Positions 33,899 to 43,958 of a stretch of 64,000 nt of DNA are shown one piece after another. Within the stretch, counting starts at the first letter, position 1, and the number at the start of each line of letters is the position of its first letter. The translations under genes and the position numbers were made by a program. Source of the stretch: Deltaproteobacteria bacterium (GTDB lineage Bacteria > Desulfobacterota > Deferrimicrobia > Deferrimicrobiales > Deferrimicrobiaceae); NCBI GenBank assembly GCA_016218975.1, contig JACRCO010000071.1, positions 7,723-71,722 on the forward strand, written 5' to 3'. The notes beneath the pieces were generated by a model. It was not told the origin of the DNA, ran no database searches, and worked only from the letters and a program-made list of their open reading frames with translations.

Positions 33899-36535
33899 AT
33901 GGGGTGGAATCGCTTATCAAGCCTGAGGGTACGCCTCATTGCGATCTGTTTCCTTGTCGTCGTGCCCGCGTTCGGCGTGACTTATTTCACGTTCAAGCAT
34001 GAACGGAAGCACATGCTCGGCGAGTTGAAGACCAACGCCGTACGAAACGCCAACCTGGTGGCCGCCGACGAGAACCGGAAGATCGAAGAGGCCCGCAATT
34101 TCCTCGTTACGCTGTCCCGGTCTCCCGCCGTCCGTTCTCCCGAATCCAGGTCCTGCAGCGATGCGATGGCCGAACTCCTCAAGCGTTATCCGCAGTACAG
34201 AAACATCGGCATCGCCGATCCCGCCGGAAACGTCGTCTGCAGCGCCGTCCCTCCTCCCGGCCCCGTCAACGTTTCGGACCGGGAATACTTCCGCCGCGCG
34301 ATGGAGACTCGCGAGTTCTCCGTGTGCGTCTATCAGGTGGGGCGGATCTCCAATCGTCCGGGAATCATGACCGCTTACAAGTTGCCGGATGCGAACGACC
34401 GCTTGCGCGGAGTCGTTTTCGCCGCTCTCGACACGGAGGAGTTCGGGCAAATCGGGAGGGATGCAGGCGAGAGCCTTCCGAACGGCGCGGCGCTCACGAA
34501 GATCGACGCATCGGGCGCCATCCTAGGCAGATACCCGACGGAAGCGGGACTGGTCGGGAAGGCATTCCCCGACATGGACGCCGTGCGGCCTTTGCTGGCA
34601 AAGGGCGGAGGACTCGCAGCCGGAAAAAGCGGCGGCGGAACGCCTTTCCTGTTCGCGGTGGCGAAAGTGCCGAACACCTTGATCGGCAGGGATGTTTTCG
34701 CGGTCGTCGGCATTCCGGAAAGCGTCATCTTCGCGGAACTGGACACGCATACCCGGAGAGACATGGCCGTCCTTGGGTCGGGAATCGCAGCCGCGCTGTT
34801 CCTGGTGTGGCTCTCCAGCGGATATTTCGTCGTGCGTCCGGTGCAGGCACTGCTTCGGGCGACGCACCGCGTTGCGGAGGAGGATGCGGAAATACGGATC
34901 GGGCCGCCGTACGACAAGGGAGAGCTCGGCGAGCTTGCGAAGGGCTTCGACCGGATGACCGCCGCGATCGTGGGGAGGCGGGCCGAGCGGGAACGTGCGC
35001 GGGAAGCGCTGATGCTCTCCGAAAATAACTACCGGTCGATCGTCAGGAATTCCCCCCTTGGAATCTACAGGGTTACACCGGGAGGAAAGTTCCTGATGGT
35101 AAACCCCGCGCTGGTCGAAATGCTCGGGTACGAATCCGAGGGAGAGCTCCTGAACGCGAACATGGACAGGGACATCTACGTCAAGGCGGACGAACGGCAG
35201 GGCATCCTGAAAAAATACGCCGGCAGGAACCAGGCATCCTCCCTTGTGCTCAAGCTGGATTGGAATCGGAAGGACGGCGCCATCCTGCACGTGCGCGCCA
35301 GCGGAACCGCAGTCAGGGACGAGAACGGCGCCATAGACTATTACGAGGTGTTCGTCGAGGATGAAACGGAGCGCCAGGCCCTGGAAAGAAAATTCCTTCA
35401 CTCCCAGAGGATGGAAGCGGTCGGAAGGTTGGCCGGTGGCGTGGCGCATGATTTCAATAATCTCCTGAGCGTGATTCTCGGATACGGGGAGATCCTGCTT
35501 GACAGGTCGAAGAATGACAGCGACGAGCGCTCGAAACTCGAGGAGATCAAGAGGTCGGCGGGACGGGCCGCGGACCTCACCCGCCAGCTCCTCGCATTCA
35601 GCCGCAAGCAGGTGTTCGAACTGAAGGTGGTGGACCTGAACGACGTCGTTACCGATGCCCGAAAAATGTTCCAGCGCCTGATCGGAGAAGATATAGAGCT
35701 CACGCTGAACCTATCCTCCGACATCGGGTTCGTGAAGATCGACCCGGGACAGTTCGAGCAGGTCATCATGAACCTCGTCGTCAACGCACGGGACGCGATG
35801 CCCCGGGGCGGCAAGCTGGCCATCGAGACGCACCGGGCGGAATTCGCCGAACCCCAGGCCTACCTGAACGGGGAAGTCAACATGCCGCCCGGGTCCTACG
35901 TCCGGGTTTCCGTCACTGATACCGGCTGCGGGATGGACGAAGAAACCCTGAAGCGCATCTTCGACCCGTTTTTCACCACGAAGGAAGCGGGCAAGGGAAC
36001 GGGGCTGGGGCTGTCCACCAGCTACGGGATCGTCAAGCAGAGCGGAGGATTCATCTGGGCGTCCAGCAGGCCGGGAAAAGGGACGTCGATCCGGATCTTC
36101 CTGCCCCGGATCGAGGAAAAAACGGACGCCGCCGCGATACGCGCGGCCGCCGCGCCTCCCGCCCGGGGATCCGAGACGATCCTCGTCGCGGAGGATGATG
36201 CGGCCGTCAGGAACGTGATCCGGGAGTTTCTCGAATCGTACGGCTACAAGGTACTGACCGCCGGAAGCCCGTTCGAGGCCCTGCGCGTAGCGGGCGCGCA
36301 CAACGGGTTGATCCAACTGCTCGTCACGGACGTCGTCATGCCGGGAGAAAGCGGAGTTCAGCTCGCGGACCGCATCACCCGCGCCTGGCCGCAGGAAAAG
36401 GTGCTCTTCATATCCGGGTATTCCGCCGATGCCATATCGGTACACGGGGTGCTCAAGGAAGGGATCTTTTTCCTTCCGAAACCATTCACGAAAGAGGTGC
36501 TGGCGAAAAAAGTGCGCGAAGTCCTCGACTCCTGA
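33899..36535 (+). CDS. Hybrid sensor histidine kinase (Cache-like periplasmic sensor, HAMP, PAS, HisKA, HATPase, REC)
   Basis: TM1 near the N-terminus, a periplasmic ~270-aa domain, TM2 ([15 protein letters not shown]), HAMP. PAS ([35 protein letters not shown]). H-box ([17 protein letters not shown]). N, G1 and G2 boxes ([23 protein letters not shown]). C-terminal receiver ([12 protein letters not shown]...DVVMP). Confidence 0.85.
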   Translation: MGWNRLSSLRVRLIAICFLVVVPAFGVTYFTFKHERKHMLGELKTNAVRNANLVAADENRKIEEARNFLVTLSRSPAVRSPESRSCSDAMAELLKRYPQYRNIGIADPAGNVVCSAVPPPGPVNVSDREYFRRAMETREFSVCVYQVGRISNRPGIMTAYKLPDANDRLRGVVFAALDTEEFGQIGRDAGESLPNGAALTKIDASGAILGRYPTEAGLVGKAFPDMDAVRPLLAKGGGLAAGKSGGGTPFLFAVAKVPNTLIGRDVFAVVGIPESVIFAELDTHTRRDMAVLGSGIAAALFLVWLSSGYFVVRPVQALLRATHRVAEEDAEIRIGPPYDKGELGELAKGFDRMTAAIVGRRAERERAREALMLSENNYRSIVRNSPLGIYRVTPGGKFLMVNPALVEMLGYESEGELLNANMDRDIYVKADERQGILKKYAGRNQASSLVLKLDWNRKDGAILHVRASGTAVRDENGAIDYYEVFVEDETERQALERKFLHSQRMEAVGRLAGGVAHDFNNLLSVILGYGEILLDRSKNDSDERSKLEEIKRSAGRAADLTRQLLAFSRKQVFELKVVDLNDVVTDARKMFQRLIGEDIELTLNLSSDIGFVKIDPGQFEQVIMNLVVNARDAMPRGGKLAIETHRAEFAEPQAYLNGEVNMPPGSYVRVSVTDTGCGMDEETLKRIFDPFFTTKEAGKGTGLGLSTSYGIVKQSGGFIWASSRPGKGTSIRIFLPRIEEKTDAAAIRAAAAPPARGSETILVAEDDAAVRNVIREFLESYGYKVLTAGSPFEALRVAGAHNGLIQLLVTDVVMPGESGVQLADRITRAWPQEKVLFISGYSADAISVHGVLKEGIFFLPKPFTKEVLAKKVREVLDS

Positions 36536-36620
36536 GGCCGGAACCCGGTCTTGCACGCCGACGTATGGCCGGTTCCAGTATTATGGCAGCCTCCATGGAG
36601 CAAGGTGTCCGCGCCCCCGA

Positions 36621-39600
36621 TCACACCTCCACCGCCTCGCCGGTTTCGACGTACCATATGAATGCGCGGGCCGGGACGCGCCATGCCTCGGCGACGATCG
36701 ACGAATAGCGGCGCACCTGCCTGATGTAATCCTCCTCCGAATCCTTCTCCCGCCGGCCCGTCTTATAGTCGACAACCCAGTGTTCCGCGCCCGTTTTTTC
36801 CGCATTTCCCGGACGCACCGGCATCCTGACGATCAGGTCCGCCCGTTCCTCGTTCGACATCCCGCCGCTGCATGCCAGCAGCGGAACTTCCGTGCCGACG
36901 AGGGACATTTCGCGAATCTCCTTGAAGAACGCGCTTGCCGCGATCTTCCTGCATATGACGATCCAGCGGGCTTCCTCGCCTTCACCCCAGGAGACGGCCG
37001 GCGGCAGCGGCTCTCGCGGAGGCCATGGCGAGCCGGCCGGCGGAAACGCTTCCAATGCCATATGCACCTTCTCGCCGAACCGCTTCCCTTTCTCGCGGTC
37101 GTGGTACTCCTTCAGGCTCAACGGCTCGGGAAGGGGGGGAATCGGCTCCGGGGGCGGGGTCGGCCACTCCCTGACGAACGACAGGTCGAACGTGACGGAT
37201 GGAGGGGACGGCTCCACCGCGGGCGACTCCGAAACGGCGACGTCGAGCATCTCTCCTCCGCCGGGAAAGAGGCGGCGCGTTCCGGAGATCCCTGTAACGG
37301 CGCACTTCCCCGGTCCGCCGTCCGATGCGCATGCAAGCCCTTGCCGGAGAGCATCCCACTGGATCGATCCTTTCCCCTTCGCGCCCTTCACAAGATAGAG
37401 CCGGTCGCGCGCGCGGGTCGCGGCAACGTAGAACAGCCGGACCTCCTCCGCATTCTGCTTCGCCTGTTCCCACTCCTCGAAAGTCACCATCCGCTCGCCC
37501 AGCCGGATCCGGCGGAAGGCGGAATAAGTCCTGAATCCGGGAAAGATCACCGCTGATAGCTTGCGGCGCCGGTCCACACGCAGCCCTTCCACCCTCTTCC
37601 TGCCTCCCCTCGAAAGGTTTGCGAGGATCACGATGGGGAATTCCAGCCCCTTCGATGCGTGGATGGTCGAAACCTGAACGGCGTCCTCCCCTTCGTCGAA
37701 AGCCGGGAACTCGCTTTCCTGGCGGTCTTCCTCCGTCTTCCTCTTGAGGTCGGCGAGGAACGCCTTCACAGAACCGCCGCCGGTCCACTCGAACGCCCTT
37801 GCCATCCCCGCGGCCTTCGCCAGGTTCCGGACTATGCGATCGCCGTCGGGATGCCGCGCCGCGACGAACTCCACCCCGGTCTCCGCGTACAGTCCGGCCA
37901 GCAGGTTGGAAAGGGAGGCCCTGCCGCGCTCGGCGGAAAGGCGCCCGAGCAGCCCGAGCGCGTCGCGGACCTTTTCCCCCGGAGGAGGACCGCCATCCTC
38001 GTGAAGCGGCAGGATCTCCTCGTCACGCAGCCCGAAGAAGATGGTCTTCAGCGCGGCGTAACGCGCGGAGAGGTCGGCGGGAGCGTCGACCGCAGAGAGG
38101 ACGATCCGCAAATCCTGTATCTCCTGCCGGGAATAGAACCCCTTCCGCGGCGGCACGACGAGGGGGATACCCGCCCTTGCGAAGGCATCCCGGAAACCGG
38201 CAAGCGCCTCCCCGCCGGCGTCCGAGCGATAAAGCACGGCGATGTCGCGAAGAGACGCGGCCCGTTCGGGCGCGCCGCCCTTTCCTCCAACGGGAACGTT
38301 CCCGGCGATCCGCCGGACGAGCCCGCAGACGAATTCCGCTTCGGTCGCCTCCTCTCCAAGCGTGTACGACGTCACGGGGAAGCCGCCGCCCGGGTCCTGC
38401 CGGTTTGGTTTCACCGGGGCGTATCCGGGGGAAAAATCCTCGCCTCCGGAAAGAACCTGCCCGAACAGCCCGTTGACGGACGAGAGAAGGTCCGGCCGGC
38501 TCCGGAAGTTGCTGACAAGCGCAATGCCTTCCCCGCCCCGGGAAAGCATACTCTCACGGAAATGCGCGTAGACCTGGATGTCCGCCCGGCGGAAGCCGTA
38601 GATGGATTGTTTCGGATCGCCGACAACGAAAAGGCGCCCCGGCGCGGTGTTAGAGGAGAGGCGTTCCAGCATTTCCGCCTGGAGAGGGTCGGTGTCCTGG
38701 AATTCGTCCACGAAAACATACCGGAACCGCTCCGAGAGCGACTTCGCGACTTCCCGGCTCCCCGCAAGCAGATCGTTCGCCCGCAGAAGCAGGTCCATGA
38801 AATCGAGCCCGCTGCCTTTCGCTTTCCGGTAATGCCCGAGCGCCGCCCTTGCACGATCCACGAGAAAGCGGGCCGCCGCGTCCCCCGCGGGGGCCTCCGA
38901 AATCTCCCGCAGGAAGCGCTGCAGATTATCCCGGGCCTGCGCAAGGGTGAACCCCGGCGGCTGGGGGAAGATCTTCCTGCTTCTCGTCCTGTCAGCGCGG
39001 AACTCGAACGCCTGGACGGCCTCCGAGGCCTGTGCGGCGACGGCGGAAATGTCGCCGCCGGAAACCTCGGTCCACACTCGTTCCAGCATTCCGAGCGCGC
39101 GCGACAGCACTGGAGTCATCTCGTGCGCCGGGTCAGCGATCCCTTCGACGAATGCGCGGAACCACTCTACTGCGTCCGCGTACTCCGCCCGAGTGTATCC
39201 GAGAAAATCCGCCGCCGTTCCGAAATCGAGCTCCCCGGCCGTGAGAAGGTCCCGCTGGGAGAGACAAAGGCGGCGGATCGCCGACCAGACTGCTTCCGGC
39301 CCGGGAGGGCCGTGGAGCACACGCTCCCAGGATGGATCGATCTCCCGGCCGCCGAACTCCTCGCGCAAGAACGCGGTGAAGGCGTTGTCCCACGCGTCGG
39401 AGGCTTCCCCCTCCGCGAGCACTTCGAACTTCGGGTCGACACCCGCCTCCGCGGGGAAGGAAAGAAGGATGCGGCGGCAGAATGAATGGAAAGTGGTGAC
39501 GGAGAGGCGCCCCACACCGTCCGCCAGTTCCTCGACGCGCTCGCGCAGCGCCGCAGCGGCCTCCTCACCGCCGCCCGGAATCCTGACGAGGGAATTCCAC

Positions 39601-39875
39601 GCCGCGGCCTTCTCTCGAACCTCGCCCAGGGTGGCGGCCGACCGGCAGGCGTTGAGAAGAAGCTCCAGCCCTTCCACCACCCGGGACTTCATCTCCGCCG
39701 CCGCCTTGTCGGTGAATGTCAGCAGCAGCACACGGTCGGGGAGGAGGACCGGGTCTGCGAGGAACAGGTTGAGGACGCGCGCTATCAGCGTCGCCGTCTT
39801 TCCCGTTCCGGCGGAAGCGTCCACCGCGATGTCCCGCGTGAATTCCGTTACCGCCTTTATGCGATCGCTGTCCAT
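36621..39875 (-). CDS. addA: AddA/RexA-like UvrD-family helicase with C-terminal PD-(D/E)XK nuclease
   Basis: 1084 aa. Walker A DASAGTGKTATL, UvrD-type helicase motifs (VDEFQDTDP, VGDPKQSIYGFRRAD). C-terminal nuclease-like region. Immediately followed by an AddB-like gene. Confidence 0.75.
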   Translation of the reverse strand: MDSDRIKAVTEFTRDIAVDASAGTGKTATLIARVLNLFLADPVLLPDRVLLLTFTDKAAAEMKSRVVEGLELLLNACRSAATLGEVREKAAAWNSLVRIPGGGEEAAAALRERVEELADGVGRLSVTTFHSFCRRILLSFPAEAGVDPKFEVLAEGEASDAWDNAFTAFLREEFGGREIDPSWERVLHGPPGPEAVWSAIRRLCLSQRDLLTAGELDFGTAADFLGYTRAEYADAVEWFRAFVEGIADPAHEMTPVLSRALGMLERVWTEVSGGDISAVAAQASEAVQAFEFRADRTRSRKIFPQPPGFTLAQARDNLQRFLREISEAPAGDAAARFLVDRARAALGHYRKAKGSGLDFMDLLLRANDLLAGSREVAKSLSERFRYVFVDEFQDTDPLQAEMLERLSSNTAPGRLFVVGDPKQSIYGFRRADIQVYAHFRESMLSRGGEGIALVSNFRSRPDLLSSVNGLFGQVLSGGEDFSPGYAPVKPNRQDPGGGFPVTSYTLGEEATEAEFVCGLVRRIAGNVPVGGKGGAPERAASLRDIAVLYRSDAGGEALAGFRDAFARAGIPLVVPPRKGFYSRQEIQDLRIVLSAVDAPADLSARYAALKTIFFGLRDEEILPLHEDGGPPPGEKVRDALGLLGRLSAERGRASLSNLLAGLYAETGVEFVAARHPDGDRIVRNLAKAAGMARAFEWTGGGSVKAFLADLKRKTEEDRQESEFPAFDEGEDAVQVSTIHASKGLEFPIVILANLSRGGRKRVEGLRVDRRRKLSAVIFPGFRTYSAFRRIRLGERMVTFEEWEQAKQNAEEVRLFYVAATRARDRLYLVKGAKGKGSIQWDALRQGLACASDGGPGKCAVTGISGTRRLFPGGGEMLDVAVSESPAVEPSPPSVTFDLSFVREWPTPPPEPIPPLPEPLSLKEYHDREKGKRFGEKVHMALEAFPPAGSPWPPREPLPPAVSWGEGEEARWIVICRKIAASAFFKEIREMSLVGTEVPLLACSGGMSNEERADLIVRMPVRPGNAEKTGAEHWVVDYKTGRREKDSEEDYIRQVRRYSSIVAEAWRVPARAFIWYVETGEAVEV

Positions 39876-39876
39876 G

Positions 39877-42800
39877 TCATCCCGCCGCCGGCCTGTGTTC
39901 TCCGATAGCCCGTAACGCGGGATCTTCGATCACGCGCCGGACAAGCGATTCCTTTTCCTTCTTCGCACCTTCGTAGCGTGGAGAGACGCGGCAGTGGTCC
40001 GCAAACAGGCAGGCATCGCAATACCGGGGCGATTTTGCGCCGGCATAAGTGAACCCGTCATGGGGCAACGGTGGAAACGTTCCCGACCGTTCGAGTCCGA
40101 TCCATTCGGACAGGGACGAAGCCCACCCCTCCTGCACGGCTTTCCACTGCTCCCCCACGACAGTCACGGGCGTTACGCCATCCTTCAGGAACAGCAGCGT
40201 AGCGCGGATTTCGGGCGGAGGAGGAGAAAGCGTCCGTGCAAAGGAAAGGTACACGGGAATCTGGCTCGCGAGCCCGTGAAGTATCCGTTCGAGCGGCGGC
40301 TTTTCATCCTTCCCGCCGCCGTATTTGTAATCGATTATCTCCGCTTCTCCCCGGGGGCCCCGGTCGACGCGGTCGACTCTCCCCCGGAATGCGGGGAGGG
40401 TTCTTCCCGCGGGCACTTTGAACCTGAGCTCCACGTCTTCCACGCGGTACGCCTCGGGCCTCTCCGCGCGGCCGCGCTCCCACTCGACCAGCACGGCCGC
40501 GTCCCTCTCGATTTCCCGGCACCGCAAAAGGAAGAGCCCCGGCAGGCCGGTGGGGTTCTCACGCGCAAACCGGATGAATGCCTTCCTCGCTGCGGACGCT
40601 GCGTCCCCCCATCCTTTTCCGGCGGCCGCCTCCTTCCCCAGCCGGTGAAGGATGTCGTGAAGGATGAGCCCCGCCTCGGCGGGCGTCAGCGACAGCTCCT
40701 CCTCCGGTTCCTCCACGGGCGAGAGACCGAGGCGGTATCGCAGGAAGTAGCGATATGGGCAGCGTGCGAGCTCGTCAAGCTCGGTCGCGCTCCAGTCCGG
40801 ACGCGGCGGGACGATTCGCCTTTCCGGAAACAGGGAGGTCCCCGACCACCGGCTTTCCCATTCCGAAAGGATCGCCGCGATCCTGCGCCACGGGATTCCG
40901 TCCGCGCCGTCTTTCGGCGGAACGCCTTCGCTCCATGCGCGTAGCGCCTCTTCCCTCCTGCTCAAGGGCCCGTCGGCGCGCAACATCGCGAAGGGGGAGC
41001 GCGGCAGGAACCGGACCTTCGCCCCCGATTTCGCCGTCCACTCCTCCCCGAATACGCCGGGGCCTGCGAACCGCGAGAGAAGGTTCAGCAGGTACCTGGA
41101 TGGGCGCTTCACGGCCCCTTCCGAATCGGCTCGCGGAACGGAGAAGCAGACTTCCCGGCGCGCGGAGATCACGGGAAGGGAAAAAAGAAGCTTCTCCTGC
41201 GCCGCGTTCCTGCGCAGAAGGGAGAGGGCGTCGGGCAGCTCAGGGCGCCGCGTCAGCCGGTTGAGCGTCTCCCGATCCTCGTCGGGCAGCAGCGGGTCTT
41301 CGTCTATCTGCGCGGGGACCGAGCCGTCGTCGACGGAAAGGAATATCACCCGGTCTGCGGTTACCCCGCGCAGCGCGTTCAGGTCGCCCGCCGTTACGAC
41401 GCCGGGCAACCGCATCCCGCCCCTCTTTCCCACGAAAAGGCGCCGGCTTTCCAGCAGCGCGGCGAACCAGGCGACGGCGTCGTCCGTTCCCGGCCACGGC
41501 GCGGCTCGGTCCGGAACCTGCTCGACCTCGTCAAGGATGGAGAAAAGGTCCGAAAGCGCCCTGCGGTCACGCTCGGCCTCGGCGCTCTCGTCGTCCAGGA
41601 AGCGGAAGTTTTCGATCAGCAGGCGCCGCAGCGCCTTCCCGAAGCCGGCGTACCCTCCTGCCTTCCACACCGGCGCCATCGAGGCGCGAAGCGCCTTCAC
41701 CTCTCCCCGCAGGAGCCTGAGCTGCCGCTCCTTCTCCTTCCATGAGTCGCTCTCCGCTTCTTCCGCGTCCCGGGGGCGGAGACCGAAGAGCCGCGCGTCC
41801 CAGTCCTTTCCGGAAACCACAAGCAGTTCGCGGGTCCATACATCCCAGAAATCGGGGCGTGGAGCGACCGCGGCCGAAGCGGCGGAATGCCGGCGGTACG
41901 GCGAGGAAAGGATGTCCATCGTCTTGCGCCGCGGAAAGTCCTCTCTGGCCGCCTCGATCATCTGGAGCAGCACCCGTACAAGGGGAACGGAGGACAGCGG
42001 CACGGCCAGCCGCTCAACGGTCGGAATATCGTATTCCTTCGCCGCCCGCTCCCAGGCGGAAACCCCCGCTTCGTCAAGTCTCCGGTAAACGAGCATCACC
42101 TCTTCTCCCGGATGTTCGTCGAGCCAGCGGCGGACATGCCGGGCGGCCAGGCGGGCCTCCCCTTCCTCGTGGGGAGGAGACAGGATCGTCACCGGCGCGG
42201 GGGCGAGCGTATCGGGAGATGCGGTGGAAAAGATCCGCTCCCGCGCATCGTGCAACGCCGGGGGGACCGGATCTTCACGGAATTCGAAATTCCCCTCGAA
42301 AGCCCGTAAAAGGCGGTCCCACGCATGCGCCGCGAAGAAGAAGGAAGGGGAAAGGGAACCGTCCTCACGGAAGATGCCGGGGAAATACACTTCGTCCAGG
42401 AGGCCGCTCGAAAGCAGCGCATCGACGAGGGTCCATTGCAGCCGCGTGAAATCATAGAAGCCGTAGAGTGAAACGCGGAATGGGTAGCCCGGGTGCTCGA
42501 AACCGGAAACCGCTTCCCGGAAGATCCGCCGCCTCGTCATCCCGCCCATCGCGTGGACCTTGCGCTCTACCTCCTCGACGAGCGCGCGCCATTCGGCCCA
42601 ACGGGACGCCTTCCCGGGGCGTCCTTCTTTCCTCGCGCACATTTCGGCCGCGCGCAGGACTTCCGCGTCGAGCCATCCCTCCTCGAGATCGCTCAAAGTT
42701 CGCTGGAGCGCCGGGAGAAATCCCGGCGTCGAGGAAATCGCCGCGAAGTCCCCGCTCCCTTCCTCGTAGGTTTGCCGGACGGCCGCGAAAAAGGCCGCAG

Positions 42801-43092
42801 ACATGACCGCCTGGGGGAGCTCCCTCGGGAACATCCCTCGGTGCTTGAGCAACCGGATGGTGAAATCGTAGAGTGTCATGATGGAAACACGAGCCGCGAC
42901 TCCGTCCCAGCGCGCTGCAAGCCGCCTGAGCAGATGCTCCCTCAAATCGTTCGACGGGACGAGCAGCACATGTTCCCAATCCCCCCCACGCGCGATCGTT
43001 TCGGGAAGGCGGGAGAGGAGCCTCTCCTCGATGGCCGGGAACGTGCCGGCGAACAGCCTTGAAACGGGAGCTGGATGGGCGGTCATCGCCAC
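39877..43092 (-). CDS. addB: AddB/RexB-like helicase-nuclease subunit with C-terminal Fe-S/nuclease domain
   Basis: 1071 aa. C-terminal Cys cluster CPYRYF...CDACLFADHC typical of the AddB Fe-S-stapled nuclease domain. Begins 2 nt after the AddA-like gene. Confidence 0.7.
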   Translation of the reverse strand: MAMTAHPAPVSRLFAGTFPAIEERLLSRLPETIARGGDWEHVLLVPSNDLREHLLRRLAARWDGVAARVSIMTLYDFTIRLLKHRGMFPRELPQAVMSAAFFAAVRQTYEEGSGDFAAISSTPGFLPALQRTLSDLEEGWLDAEVLRAAEMCARKEGRPGKASRWAEWRALVEEVERKVHAMGGMTRRRIFREAVSGFEHPGYPFRVSLYGFYDFTRLQWTLVDALLSSGLLDEVYFPGIFREDGSLSPSFFFAAHAWDRLLRAFEGNFEFREDPVPPALHDARERIFSTASPDTLAPAPVTILSPPHEEGEARLAARHVRRWLDEHPGEEVMLVYRRLDEAGVSAWERAAKEYDIPTVERLAVPLSSVPLVRVLLQMIEAAREDFPRRKTMDILSSPYRRHSAASAAVAPRPDFWDVWTRELLVVSGKDWDARLFGLRPRDAEEAESDSWKEKERQLRLLRGEVKALRASMAPVWKAGGYAGFGKALRRLLIENFRFLDDESAEAERDRRALSDLFSILDEVEQVPDRAAPWPGTDDAVAWFAALLESRRLFVGKRGGMRLPGVVTAGDLNALRGVTADRVIFLSVDDGSVPAQIDEDPLLPDEDRETLNRLTRRPELPDALSLLRRNAAQEKLLFSLPVISARREVCFSVPRADSEGAVKRPSRYLLNLLSRFAGPGVFGEEWTAKSGAKVRFLPRSPFAMLRADGPLSRREEALRAWSEGVPPKDGADGIPWRRIAAILSEWESRWSGTSLFPERRIVPPRPDWSATELDELARCPYRYFLRYRLGLSPVEEPEEELSLTPAEAGLILHDILHRLGKEAAAGKGWGDAASAARKAFIRFARENPTGLPGLFLLRCREIERDAAVLVEWERGRAERPEAYRVEDVELRFKVPAGRTLPAFRGRVDRVDRGPRGEAEIIDYKYGGGKDEKPPLERILHGLASQIPVYLSFARTLSPPPPEIRATLLFLKDGVTPVTVVGEQWKAVQEGWASSLSEWIGLERSGTFPPLPHDGFTYAGAKSPRYCDACLFADHCRVSPRYEGAKKEKESLVRRVIEDPALRAIGEHRPAAG

Positions 43093-43152
43093 CCCATTGT
43101 AATCGCTGCCGCCGCATCGGAGAATAGTCTTGGGAATTCAAGGAGGAAGCAC

Positions 43153-43932
43153 TTGTCCGACTTGCCGTCGAAGCGGAAAACGCGGAACCTGTTCGCGGGA
43201 GTCGCCGGAAGATATCGGGTGAGCGCCGACCACACCGACGCCGAGGACCGGCGCATTCTCATCTCGCGACTCGCGTTTGCGCCTTCCCATATCGTTCTCG
43301 ACGTGGCGACGGGAGGCGGCCACACGGCCGTGACCATCGCTCCGGTAGTCCGCAGGATGATAGCTTCCGACCTCACCCCCGAAATGCTCCGGGAGGCGCG
43401 CATCCTTGCCGCCGAGCGGGGTTGCGGGAACATGGACTTCATGTCCGCGGACGCGGAGCTTCTCCCTTTTCGCTCCGAATCGTTCGACCGCGTCGTCTGC
43501 CGCATCGCCCCCCACCATTTCCCGGACGTGCGTGAGGCCCTTTCCGAGATAGTCCGCGTCACGAAGACCGGAGGGAAGGTAGGCATAATCGACAGCGTTG
43601 TGCCGGAAGACCCGGCCCTGGATGCGTTCATGAACGGCATCGAAAAGGTACGAGATCCCTCGCACGTGCACAGCTACCGGGTCGAGGAATGGGTCTCCTT
43701 TCTCAAGGAAGCGGGGCTGTACCTTCTGCACGTTTCCTGCGCCTGGAAGGAGCACCCCTTCGAGGAGTGGGTGAGCAGGACCGGGATGCCGGAGGCCGTC
43801 CAGCGGGAAGTGGAGGAGATGTTCCTGAACGCTTTCCCGCGGGCGCGGGATTTCTTCCGGGTCCGCATCAAGGACGGCAGGGTCGTCTCCTACTCCGACG
43901 AAAAGGGTATCTTCGTAGGCCGCAAGGAATGA
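43153..43932 (+). CDS. Class I SAM-dependent methyltransferase (Methyltransf_11-like)
   Basis: Within ORF 43075..43932. Start inferred at TTG 43153 after an AGGAGGAAG RBS, avoiding overlap with the divergent addB start. Motif I VLDVATGGGHTAV; post I LREARILAAERG; motif II FDRVVC. Confidence 0.65.
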   Translation: MSDLPSKRKTRNLFAGVAGRYRVSADHTDAEDRRILISRLAFAPSHIVLDVATGGGHTAVTIAPVVRRMIASDLTPEMLREARILAAERGCGNMDFMSADAELLPFRSESFDRVVCRIAPHHFPDVREALSEIVRVTKTGGKVGIIDSVVPEDPALDAFMNGIEKVRDPSHVHSYRVEEWVSFLKEAGLYLLHVSCAWKEHPFEEWVSRTGMPEAVQREVEEMFLNAFPRARDFFRVRIKDGRVVSYSDEKGIFVGRKE

Positions 43933-43958
43933 CGAGGATCTTACATTAATATAAGAGA

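Noticed and set aside
37659-39485. 608-aa plus ORF and the neighbouring ORFs 36982..37788 and 37799..38476
   Set aside because: They lie inside the AddA-like helicase gene on the other strand or frame, and none has recognisable motifs.
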